23,585 bases of DNA from Eledone cirrhosa (taxonomy: Eukaryota): assembly GCA_964016885.1 (NCBI GenBank), contig CAXHJY010001313.1, positions 1 to 23,585 of the forward strand, read 5' to 3'. A model generated the notes under the pieces. It searched no databases, was not told the origin of the DNA, and was given only the letters and a program-made list of their open reading frames with translations. Each line of letters starts with the position of its first letter. Within the stretch, counting starts at the first letter, position 1. Shown piece by piece: positions 10,900 to 23,585 of this stretch. The position numbers and the translations under genes are program-made.

Positions 10900-11040
10900 T
10901 ACAGGATGTTTCCAAAAAAGAACTTTGTTCCGTGAAGAAACACAACTGTTGCTATCTTCACTACCAGCTCTCTATTAACAGGAACTCATACTCCAGCCAA
11001 ATTTTGAGCAAAATGGAAGAAAACTTACACCAACATTTGA
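10900..11040 (+). mobile_element. Possible Tc1/mariner-type terminal remnant
   Basis: TA-CAGGATGTTTCCAAAAAA resembles CAGGGTGT.CCAAAA-type TIRs; no partner TIR or transposase seen. Confidence 0.25.
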
Positions 11041-11381
11041 TTTTAATTTCAAATCTTTAATTTTTAGTTTTTAACTCCTATTAATTCTTTTAAATTTTTA
11101 TTTCAATACTTAACATTTGATAAGAAGAATTTTAATAATACATCGAAACTAGTAATACTTCATATACTTTATATACATTATATACATTATAAACCTTTTT
11201 AAAAAAGAATTGTCCCTCTCATGTTTTCAATAATGTCATATTTTCAATAATGTCACTTTGACGAATCAAAGAAAGGATAAAAAAAGAAAAATTGACCCTT
11301 AAATATATTTTCCGTGGTATTTACAACTTCACCTTTTCTCTATATCCACTGTTTTGTATAGAACCTTACTTCCCTTTTCTA

Positions 11382-11429
<48 letters not shown>

Positions 11430-11467
11430 AAGATGAATATAAAATGAAAGTGCTTTTTTTTAAAAAA

Positions 11468-11610
11468 GGAATTTATTAGGTATTGACATATGTTTCGGTA
11501 ACAGACGGAATACCTATGTATCGCTGCTTGCGTAATCATATAATGTTAGCAAGTATTCGATAGCAAATGTATAATCAGTTGTCACTTCTTCAGAGATATT
11601 GGATAAATTG
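11468..11610 (-). ncRNA. Degenerate minimal hammerhead-like motif in the Penelope-like 3' end
   Basis: Minus strand CTGAAGA-aGTGACA...TGTTACc-GAAA-C-ATAT-G-TC; proximal stem I pairs poorly. Confidence 0.5.
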
Positions 11611-12033
11611 GGAAAAATCAGAAAAATTGAAGTATTTATATTAGTTGTAATAAAGGAAGAGAGAGGGGATAGTATATGACAGATGGCAATTCAATTTACT
11701 GGTAAACAAGTATATAAAGCGTTTCTAATGAGAATACAATGAGTATATGGTTTATTTTATCTACATAAGAATTTTTGGGAGTGCCTATTTTAATCTATAC
11801 TTGACCAATTGAACAATGGACAGGGCTGGTCGTTTGGTGTAGTAGTATTAATTATAAAGTGTCAATTAAGGAAGAGGGAGATTTTCACTCCTACTGAATA
11901 AAAACAATGCTGGTAGCCTGCTGGTATATGCAGTTTATATTAAATGGTAAAGAATAGAAGAGTTGATAGAATTAAGATTAATAGAGAATGTTAATATGTA
12001 TTTTGACAATCAAACGGAGATGGAGACATGCGT

Positions 12034-13515
12034 TCAATCCTGGTAGCGTTTGCAATATGAAAATGTAGATGTTAAGCGATGGTTACAGTATAACGATCGC
12101 TCTATTCTGTTATTTAATAAAATATTTTTCGATTTCATAATACAAAATAATTCCATATTACACAATTTACAAAAATTCCTGTCCGTGGAAATATGGAGGG
12201 GGCAGTCGCTATTATATCCCATTTTAGGTTAAATTGTTGGTTATTTTCGTGCAGCTGCCAAGCCTTGTCTGCGAGTGTTGTTACATAACGCTGGTTTTCA
12301 TGTTTTATCGAGTAACGATGTCTATAAAGGCGAGATTTGAAGGAGGTGGCTGTAGACCCCACATAGTACCACTTCTGGCTATCCGATTCGATAGTACATT
12401 TGTATATGATGTTGCGTTCAAGACACTGATTGTTCAACGGACACATTCCTGGTTGGACACAGTTACAGTTATAATTTTGCGTTGTTGTATTGGCATGGAT
12501 GGGTTGATGAGGTTGCTTAGGTAGGACGGGATGTTGTTTGTTGTTTTGTGATGTTATAGCCGATGTTTTACGTGTATTGTTATGTGTTGGAAGGCGTTTA
12601 TACAACCGTTTTGCGTTAAGCTTTTTTATATGTTGTTCAATATTAGGGGCGGTTGAATATGAAAGTCGAATAGTGTTAGGGTTTAAGATTTTATTATATT
12701 TATGTGATGTTGGAAAGTGTTTTTTAACTAATCGAAAGAATTGTGAGGGTAGATTGGTTTTAATAGAGTTGTTATAGACCGGGTTGTACCATATATACTC
12801 TTTACATCGCCTTCTGTTTGGTGGTGTGCGACTATTAGTGTGTCTATTGCGGTAGTGTATGTATGGTGGTGATTCTATGCTATTTCTACCTCTATGAGAT
12901 TTATTTTGGGTGTTTGGGTGATCGTCGACTATATACTCTATATTATCTAGGTGTCCAGCCTTCCTAAGTGCATCATCATAATATTCGGCATGTTCTTTGA
13001 AGGTTTGCTGGTTGGATGACAGGCGGGATATTCTAAGGGAAATATTTCTAGGGATGGATTTAATTATAGAGGGTTAGAACTCGTATTTACATATTTAAGG
13101 TTCTCATTTAGTTTATGGAACGGTTTAATCGTTTCTGTATTGAGATTCAAAGTAACATCAAGGAAATTAACCTCTTTGAGGTTATATTCAAACGTAATAT
13201 TTAATCCTAGTTCCTTAAAAAGCTTTCTGATATTTTTACGCATCCTTTCTAAATTCTGGTTATTCATATGCTTAACTAATAGGAGCGCATCGTCACGGTA
13301 GATTCCACCGTGGAGATCCTTGAATGTTCCTTGTAGTCTGTGGGTGATATAAATTCCCACAAGATCAGTTACTTCCGCCGAATCATTGGAACCCATAGTA
13401 ATATCAAAATTAGAAGGTCTATCTTTGCGAACCCAGTAGCTATCATCAAATTTAACAATAGTTTTCCTCGCTTCCATAATAATTTTAATTTCAGCATCCG
13501 TAAGGTATATATGTT
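12034..13515 (-). pseudogene. Penelope-like RT-GIY-YIG polyprotein remnant with two frameshifts (~13075 and ~12195)
   Basis: Joins ORF 13064-13594, an open stretch from ~13070 running into ORF 12135-12605, and ORF 12034-12222. Confidence 0.88.
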
Positions 13516-14169
13516 CATCGATTTCAGGGACTTGACTCCTTCTTGACTCCTTCTTCCTCCCGTTTGACCTGTGCAAAATTCTTTCCTTACTCACATTTCG
13601 ACCAGGTTTGATGGTCTTTATTCTCTCTCGTCCACGATTTCACAGAACTTATGTTCATCGATTTCAGGGACTTGACTCCTTCTTCCTCACTTTTCATTAC
13701 TTTACCATCTTTGTTTGTTTACTGTCTCACTCGTTCCCCCTATTTACGTGTCCCAACGACTTTCTTTAGCCGTTGCTCGCACCAACCAGAGGTATATGGT
13801 CTTTAAAGCGATGCAATACCAATGAAGGTTGGAAGATCACTAATGAAGGACTAAATTTATTCATATGTAACCCATTTGCAACCACGCAGCACGCCATTTT
13901 TTCATATTTTTCATATATATATATACACACACACACACCATGTAAATGTTCCCTAACACTTCACTTTTCCTTGCCATATACCTCTGTTAAATGGCAGACA
14001 GGGGAGAGGTTTATGTTCAATGATGGTGAAATTTCTGTTGTTGTTACTGTTGTCATCGTTATTAGATATGTTGTTGTCTCATTACTGTTCAACCTCCTCG
14101 CAGGGCAGACACATTCTCTGCATTCATGTCATAGATAAATTATAGGACATTTATTAACGGAGAAGTGGC

Positions 14170-14795
14170 TGGTATTGGTGGTGGTGGTGGTATTGGTGGT
14201 AGTGGTTGTGGTATTGGTGGTTGTGGTATTGGTGATATTGGTTGTGGTATTGGTGGTTGTGGTATTGGAGGTGGTAGTTGTTGTGGTGGTAGTGTTGTGC
14301 TGGTGGTTGTAGTGGTGGAAGTGTAGTGTTATGGTGGTATTTGTAGTGGTGGTAGTGTAGTGTTATGGTGGTGGGCGTAGTGGTTGGTGATAGTGTAGTA
14401 TTATGGTAGTGGTGGTGGTGGTGGTATTGGTGGTAGTGGTTGTGGTATTGGTGGTGGTGGTTGTGGTATTGGTGATATTGGTTGTGGTATTGGTGGTGGT
14501 GGTTGTGGTTGTGGTATTGGAGGTGGTAGTTGTTGTGGTGGTAGTGTTGTGCTGGTGGTAGTGTTGTGCTGGTGGTTGTAGTGGTGGAAGTGTAGTGTTA
14601 TGGTGGTATTTGTAGTGGTGGTAGTGTAGTGTTATGGTGGTGGGCGTAGTGGTTGGTGATAGTGTAGTATTATGGTAGTGGTGGTGGTGGTGGTATTACC
14701 GGTAGTGGTGATATTGGTGGTAGTTGTAGTGGTGATAGTGTAGTATTATGGTAGTGGTGGTGGTGGTGGTATTGGTGGTTGGTGTGGTAGTGGGG
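14170..14795. repeat. (GGT/AGT)n low-complexity tract with a ~240-270-bp internal duplication
   Basis: ~14189-14428 is repeated at ~14423-14697 with the same rare words (GGAAGTGTAG, GGGCGTAG). Confidence 0.92.
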
Positions 14796-14970
14796 ATATT
14801 GTCTGTGGGAGGTTGGAGGGGAGTAGGAAGAGCAGAGTAATTCTAGGTGCAGCTGGTTGTGTGAGGTAGGCTGACATCTTATATAGCATGTCCCCAAGGT
14901 CACACAGCTGGTGACCTTTGTATTATCTAATGGAGCTCTAAGGAGGAGTTGTAAAAACACAGGCAGGTCT

Positions 14971-15500
14971 GGAGAGGTAGAGAGAGAGAGAGAGAAATAG
15001 GAAGAGATGGAGAGGTAGAGAGAGAGAGAGAAATAGGAAGAGATGGAGAGGTAGAGAGAGAGAGAGAGAAATAGGAAGAGATGGAGAGGTAGAGAGAGAG
15101 AGGTAGAGAGAGAGAGAGATAGGAAGAGATGGAGAGGCAGTGAGAGAGAGAAGAGGTAGATAGTTGGAAAGAAAGAGAATAATTGAGAGGCAGAGAGCAA
15201 GAGAATAGAGAGAGGGGATGAGAGTGTGTGTGAGTTAGAGAAAGAGGGGGAGAGAGTGTGTGTATATGAAAGAGAGGGAGGGGATTCTCCTCAAATTAAT
15301 TATAGGGTAGCAGAGAAAGTAAATTATTATGAGGATAGGAGGGAGGGAGAGAGAGAGAGAGAAAGTAGAGAGGAGTGGGTGTGATAGTTATAGAGAGATA
15401 GTTATAGAGAGGGATAGACTGATAGATAGAGGGATGGATAGATGGATAGTTAGATATACAGACATACAGACAGACAGGCAGATAGACTGATAGAGTGATA
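14971..15500. repeat. Purine-rich (GA)n, GGAGAGGTA(GA)nAATAGGAAGAGAT units and GATA/GACA repeats
   Basis: Direct reading. Confidence 0.9.
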
Positions 15501-15573
15501 TACATCATGTTAGCTATTTAGATTGGTAGTAACTAGACAGAGAGAGACATATGAAGAAATAGATAAATATATA

Positions 15574-15636
15574 TCATCACCACCACCTCCAACATCATCA
15601 CCACCATCACCATCACCACCACCATCACCATCATCA
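15574..15636. repeat. (CAC/CAT)n trinucleotide repeat
   Basis: Direct reading. Confidence 0.9.
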
Positions 15637-15832
15637 TGTGTTGGCTCACCCTACTAGGAATGGTTGGACAGGTTGTCATATAATCAGAGCCAATGACCCT
15701 ATATTGTTGGCAGACTTAAAATACCTAGAAATAATTCATACCTGAGATTACCTATAATTAAAGGTGTGCCATGACAAGTATTGCATTTTTTTTCTGATTT
15801 ATTCTCTTCTGGTTCTGTTTATCAGACACACT

Positions 15833-15978
15833 TCATCATCACCATCACCATTCCCAGCCCCACCATCACCACCATCACCAGCCCCACCATCACCACCATC
15901 ATCACCATCCCCAGCCCCACCATCACTATCATCAGCGGGATCAGCCCCACCATCATCACCATCACCACCATCACCATC
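15833..15978. repeat. (CAC/CAT)n repeat with CAGCCC interruptions
   Basis: Direct reading. Confidence 0.9.
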
Positions 15979-16350
15979 TTTGGAATAATGTTACTAGATA
16001 GGGTGTATAGCTCTCCAATCAGAGAGTCACTCAAGGTAGAGCTGCACTTAAGGTAGAGCTGCTACTTCTCCAAATTAAGAGATCATGGCTCATATTTTAT
16101 AGACATGTGGTTAGAATGTCTAAGGAAAGAATCTCTGGACAGATTTTCTGATCAAAACCAACTGGTGGGAGACCCAAGGGTAGACAGCATCAAGATGGCT
16201 GGTTAATATCAATGAACTCGGCTGGTCTTGATTGGGGATCCAGCGAGATCAGTTGGAGATGGTTGCTTCTGACAGGACCACCTGCTGGAAGGAGTGTTTG
16301 AGGACTCTGCTTCCACGTCCTTCCTAGGAATAAGTGGACAAAGAAGACTT
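15979..16350 (+). mobile_element. Old 3' fragment of a third RTE-like LINE (family C)
   Basis: Degenerate translation LLDRVYSSPIRESLKVELLLLQIKRS..RMSKERI..KPTGGRPKGR resembles an RTE C-terminus; homologous to 17787-18005. Confidence 0.7.
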
Positions 16351-16492
16351 TCTTTTTTTAAGGTGATGTGGTTTGATTTGAGGATTATTTCATTGCTATT
16401 TCTAGCAGGTCAAGCTATCATATAGGTGTTTCCTCATTGACTAGTGTGTGTGGGGTGTATATTCAATGCTATTTCTTATGTGTATATATATA

Positions 16493-16903
16493 TAATATTA
16501 ATTCAAAATATTAATAAATGTAGACATACACGTAATCAAAATATATTTTTTATTATATATATTTTGGAGGTACTGTGCTGTTTTTTCAGTACATCCTCAT
16601 CAGATAAAATATATAAATTGATGTATGACATACCTCAACTGTGCTGATGGTTCAATTCCAGTTTTGCCAAAACTGGAATTGAACCATCAATTTATATATT
16701 TTATCTGATGAGGATGTACTGAAAAAACAGCACAGTACCTCCAAAATATATATAATAAAAAATATATTTTGATTACATGTATGTCTACATTTATTAATAT
16801 TTTGAATTAATATTAATAACTCCAGAAAACTAACTGTTGAGTGCTTCTAATCTATTGTAAAACTATATTCATTGATTAATCAATGAACCTTGTTTAACTT
16901 TGG

Positions 16904-16905
<2 letters not shown>
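16493..16905 (+). mobile_element. Large palindromic pLTR-like relic with a hammerhead-like motif in both arms
   Basis: Outer arms 16493-16623 / 16685-16815 (one mismatch seen), inner arms 16645-16666 / 16668-16689, unique tail to 16905, TA flanks. Confidence 0.7.
16699..16760 (+). ncRNA. Minimal type I hammerhead-like motif with G12>A core change
   Basis: TTTTAT-CTGATGA(16705-16711)-GGATGTACTG..CAGTACCTCC-AAAA-T-ATAT-A-TA^-ATAAAA. Confidence 0.6.
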
Positions 16906-16965
<60 letters not shown>

Positions 16966-17035
16966 ATACCCACACACATACATATACATACAAGCATACA
17001 CACACATATACATACACATATACTCACATACATAT
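16906..17035. repeat. (TA)n followed by (CA/TA) mixed microsatellite
   Basis: Direct reading. Confidence 0.95.
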
Positions 17036-17459
17036 AGTGGAGAATGTGACCAGGAATTCTAAATTGTATACACATATGTATAAATTCAATAGACCCTCCC
17101 CCCTCATGTATGTATATATATATATATATATATTGAATTTTCATTGAAAAATTTGGTCTATAATATAGACTAGTTTTTTTTTTTATCAACAATGCTTGCA
17201 AGTCAACATGTAGGAATTCTTTGAGGAGAAAAATCAATAAAAATACCATTTACTGACATTAATTTAACCACAAAGATATAGCTGACATCTCACTAATAAA
17301 TGGTCCAAAAACATATTTGCATACAATTTAGAATTTTTGGTCACATTCGCCACTATCTATATGTGTGTGTGTGTATATGTATGTGTGTGTGTGTGTATAT
17401 GTATGAATAAATGTATAAATGAATATATGAATATATGTATGTATGTATATATGTGTTAA

Positions 17460-17700
17460 ATCACTAGGAGTGAAGGACCCCTAGCTTTTGTCAGGGCATT
17501 CTTCTAGGAGAAGGCAACTCAGGAAGCAGATAACTCTGATATAAAACCTGCGGCTCAGTAGTTACCGATGTTGATCTTTTCTTCTTTTCGGGTTATAGCT
17601 ACTGTCGCTCAGAGAGTGGGATTGACTCAGTGCACAGTCTTTCCTCACTTAAAAAAAAATCTGCATTGCACGATAGAATTAATAATTGTTAGTAATGTTA
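17460..17700 (+). mobile_element. Possible degenerate non-autonomous retroposon piece
   Basis: CTAGGAGAAGGCAACTC...AACTCTGATATAAAACC recalls an RTE 5'UTR-type motif (from memory only); boundaries uncertain. Confidence 0.25.
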
Positions 17701-17786
17701 TATTGTGCAATGGCCATACTCGATAACGAGGAGGCAGCCATCATGTGTGTATATATGTATGTGCGTATGAACCTCTAACGAACTAA

Positions 17787-18005
17787 TTTGGCCTCTTCTC
17801 CTTTCCATGCCTGGGAGGGTCTTGGGGGCAGAGTCCTCAGACATCCTGTGGGTCGTACTGGAAGCAACCATCTCCAGGTGTTCCAGCTGAGTTCCCAACT
17901 GAGATTATGGATGTCATCTAACCATCTTCCTTGCGATCAGTTTCTGGGTCTCTTGCAGGTTGGCTTTGCCCATAAAATCTGTCCTGTGATTCTTTCCTCG
18001 GAAGA
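17787..18005 (-). mobile_element. Old 3' fragment of RTE-like family C
   Basis: Reverse complement shares GGAAAGAATC..GGACAGATTTT, GGAGATGGTTGCTTC and GAGGACTCTGC with 16120-16345. Confidence 0.72.
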
Positions 18006-18019
18006 GTATCTAGATGTAA

Positions 18020-18532
18020 CAAAACACACCCTGTAAGGTGGTTGAGTTGGTGGTACGACAAAAGGCACCCAGTCGCTCTGTGGAGTGGTCAGGCTGGTAG
18101 TACGACATGACAATAAACACCCAGCCTATCCTGTAAAGTGGTTGTGATGGCGACATTACAAAAGCACCTAGCCCAACCTATGAAGTGGTCGTGTTAGTGA
18201 TATAACAAAACGTACCCAATCTACACTGTAAAGTGGTAGTTTTGGTGACGTGACAAAAGTGCACAATTCACACTGTAAAGTGATAGTTTTGGTGACACTT
18301 CAAAAAGCACCCAGTCCACATTGGAAAATTGTCATTTTGGCAGCACGATAAAAGGCACCCAGTTCAAGCTGTAAAAATAGTTGGCATTATGAAGGGCATC
18401 CATATAGAAACGAATACAGAAACAGTTCTGTATAAGAACACAGTCACCTAATCTAACTTGTCTTATAATGGGACCACTTGTCTAACCCATGTTATCATGA
18501 ATCAATGGACATTAAACAGTAATGATGATGAT
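18020..18532 (+). mobile_element. Old retroposon 3' part: ~7 x ~48-bp units plus an RTE-A-like terminus
   Basis: Repeating CTGTAAAGTGG...AAAAGCACCCAG, then GAAGGGCATCC, GTCTAACCCATG and an ATG tail, as in 6790-7048. Confidence 0.8.
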
Positions 18533-18968
18533 TATCATTGAGTTACATATTAAATTCCAAGTGAAATCCTTAAACGTACTTCACCAAAATCCTTCTTTTA
18601 AGCTACTTTACCATTATACTTCACAGCGTGTTCATCTTAAAGGAGTCAGATAATATTTCCACAGGATTATACTTACTTCTTTACTATTTGTTATCTTAAT
18701 GTCAAAACAGTGTTTTCTTTTATCGTTCCCCTCTGGTGGTGCCAAGGTGTTGTTGAATTTGGAAATATTCCAAACAAGGGAGACATTAGGATTTTTTTTA
18801 TTTGATATTTTTTTTTTGCAACAAAAATGATTGACAGGTCTAATAAGTTGATAGTTCAGTTGTACTTTTAAATATTTGGACTAAATGGGGTCTGTTAAGG
18901 ATACATTGACAAATGTTAACTCATGATGGAGACTAACAGATGATTCTTATGTGGGGTGGTGTTAAGAT

Positions 18969-19030
18969 GTGTGGCTTAGTGGTTAGGCTGTTGGGTTCAC
19001 AATCTTAAGGTCATTTGTTCAATTCTCATA
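18969..19030 (+). mobile_element. Isolated degenerate tRNA-SINE head
   Basis: TGGCTTAGTGGTTAG A box (from 18973) and GTTCAATTCTCA B box, matching 8771-8827. Confidence 0.6.
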
Positions 19031-19074
19031 TTTGACAACAATCTTTTCTTTTATTTTCTTCTTGTTGAAAGTAG

Positions 19075-19745
19075 TACTGTAGCCCACACCACATCTAGAC
19101 ACCTCTACATTACTATACTGTAGCCCACACCACACCTAGACACTTCTACACTACTATACTGTAGCCCACAGCACACCTAGACACCTCTACATTACTATAC
19201 TGTAGCCCACACCACACCTAGACACTTCTACACTACTATACTGTAGCCCACACCACACCTAGACAACTCTACATTACTATACTGTAACCCACACCACACC
19301 TAGACACCTCTACACTACTATACTATAGCCCACACCACAGCTAGACACCTCTACACTACTGTACTGTAGCCCACACCACACCTAGACACCTCTAGACTAC
19401 TATACTGTAGCCCACATCAAACCTAGACACCTCTACACTACTGTATTGTAGCCCAAACAACATCACACCACCCCTACACTACTATAATGTATCCCACACC
19501 ACACATAGACACCCCTACACTACTATACTGTAGCCCACACCACACCACACCACACCACACCAAGGCACCCCTACACTACTGTACTGTAGCCCACACCACA
19601 CCTAGACACCCCTACACTACTGTACTGTAGCCCACATCACACCTAGTCACCTCTACACTACTATACTGTAGCCCACACCACATCTAGACACCCCCTACAC
19701 TATACTGTAGCACACACCACACCACACCACCGCTACACCATACCA
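19075..19745. repeat. 41-bp minisatellite, ~16 copies
   Basis: Unit TACTGTAGCCCACACCACACCTAGACACCTCTACACTACTA at 19075, 19116, 19157 and onward. Confidence 0.97.
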
Positions 19746-19916
19746 TCACAGTAACTGTACAGTAGCAGCATTGTTGTAATAAAAGACTTCATTAAACATA
19801 TATTCCATCAATCATTAGCTCCAATAATTAGCTCCAATAATTAGCTTCTATCATTGATTGAGAAATCAATAGATTTATCATGTTTACAATTTTATACTGT
19901 TTTACTGAATATTAAA

Positions 19917-19981
19917 ATATATACATATATATATATATATATACACCCATATATATATATACACACTCACACACATATCTA

Positions 19982-20013
<32 letters not shown>

Positions 20014-20030
20014 GTATGTATATATATATG

Positions 20031-20077
<47 letters not shown>

Positions 20078-20088
20078 GTATATATATG

Positions 20089-20141
<53 letters not shown>

Positions 20142-20204
20142 ATATATATGTATATATATATACATGTATATATATATATATACATGTATATATATATATA
20201 TACA

Positions 20205-20237
<33 letters not shown>

Positions 20238-20869
20238 ATATATGTATATGTATATATATATATGTATATGTATATATATGTATATGTATATATATATATA
20301 TGTATATGTATATATATATGTATATATATATATATGTATATGTATATATATATGTATATATATATATGTATATGTATATATATATGTATATATATATATA
20401 TGTATATGTATATATATATGTATATATATGTATATATATATGTATATATATATATGTGTATATATATGTATATATATATATATATATATGTGTGTATATA
20501 TATGTGTGTATATATATATGTGTGTATATATATATATGTATATATATATGTGTGTATATATATATATGTATATATATATATGTGTATATATATATATGTG
20601 TGTGTATATATATATATATGTGTATATATATATATATGTGTATATATATATATATGTGTGTATATATATATATATGTGTATATATATATGTATATATATA
20701 TATATGTGTATATATATATATATATGTGTGTATATATATATATATATGTATATATATATGTATATATATATATATATATATGTATATACATATATATATA
20801 TGTATATATATATGTATATATATATGTATATATATATATATATGTATATACATATATATATGTATATAC

Positions 20870-20965
<96 letters not shown>

Positions 20966-21038
20966 GTATATGTATGTATGTATGTATATATATGTATGTA
21001 TGTATATATATGTATGTATGTATATATATATATGTATG

Positions 21039-21089
<51 letters not shown>

Positions 21090-21260
21090 ATATATATGTA
21101 TATATATATGTATGTATATATATATGTATGTATATATATATGTATATATATATGTATGTATATATATATGTATGTATATATATATGTATATATATATGTA
21201 TGTATATATATATGTATATATATATGTATATATATATGTATGTATATATATATGTATATA

Positions 21261-21305
<45 letters not shown>

Positions 21306-21480
21306 GTATGTATATATGTATGTATATATATATGTATGTATGTATATATATATGTATGTATATATATATATGTATGTATATATATATGTATGTATATATA
21401 TATATATGTATGTATATATATATGTATGTATATATATATGTATGTATATATATATGTATGTATATATATATATATATACA
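19917..21480. repeat. ~1.5-kb (TA)n/(TATG)n compound microsatellite
   Basis: Direct reading. Confidence 0.98.
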
Positions 21481-23536
<2,056 letters not shown>

Positions 23537-23585
23537 AATAGGAACCAGTAAGACCCCGACAGCTGAGCTCAAGCCGTTTCGACGG
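23537..23585 (-). ncRNA. 3' half of a hammerhead-like motif, cut by the window edge
   Basis: Minus strand C-GAAA-CGGCT-tgagctc-AGCTG-TC^-GGGGTCTTAC; the CTGANGA half would lie outside the window. Confidence 0.55.

Larger units (their letters stand above)
11426..13515 (-). mobile_element. Penelope-like retroelement, 5'-truncated (Naiad-like motif set)
   Basis: RT FDITMGSNDSAEVTDLVG / GIYRDDAL / VNFLDVTL; linker WYNPVYN..KHFP..LSYS; CNC..CPL..C; GIY-YIG IIY..YVG..FKSR..CKLC..E..LLN; ~600-nt 3' region ending at (TA)n. Confidence 0.9.

Noticed and set aside
12034-12480. Selenoprotein-type Penelope-like element (TGA at conserved Cys)
   Set aside because: The CNC, CPL, CL, CKLC and CNH cysteines are all TGT; the breaks are frameshifts, not TGA codons.
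13585-13625. GACCA/TGGTC hairpin followed by GAAA on the minus strand
   Set aside because: No CTGANGA upstream and no stem III.
14670-16056. Leu/Ser-, Pro/Ser- and Ile/Thr-rich ORFs
   Set aside because: Products of GA, GGT and CAC/CAT repeats.
18677-18740. Possible 56-nt minus-strand exon (GNDKRKHCFDIKITNSKE, GTAAGT donor) or CTCF-like CCACCAGAGGG
   Set aside because: Weak acceptor, too short, no companion exons; would need RNA-seq or ChIP data.
18020-19745. CRISPR-like arrays
   Set aside because: Tandem units without unique spacers, eukaryotic context, no cas genes.

Overview
Repeat-dense eukaryotic DNA with no supportable host gene; the element types suggest an octopus or other cephalopod (inference, not verifiable here). 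Long imperfect (TA)n/(TATG)n microsatellites separate a series of retroelement insertions. These are: two ~99%-identical 5'-truncated RTE-clade LINEs (family A) forming a ~6-kb inverted pair; three pieces of a second RTE family (B); two tRNA/CORE-type SINEs; a frameshifted Penelope-like element (YRDD RT plus GIY-YIG); old fragments of a third RTE family; and several minisatellites. The most interesting signals are (i) five hammerhead-ribozyme-like loci, three of them in fold-back palindromes and three sharing a downstream TTGAGTRC motif; (ii) head-to-head same-family LINE pairs joined by TA tracts, the geometry expected from priming at both ends of a break; (iii) a C4HC3 PHD-like finger inside the RTE ORF just after the RT core; and (iv) exchange of 3' modules among the LINEs and SINEs. 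All long I/Y-rich ORFs are microsatellite artefacts. Identities and folds were judged by eye.
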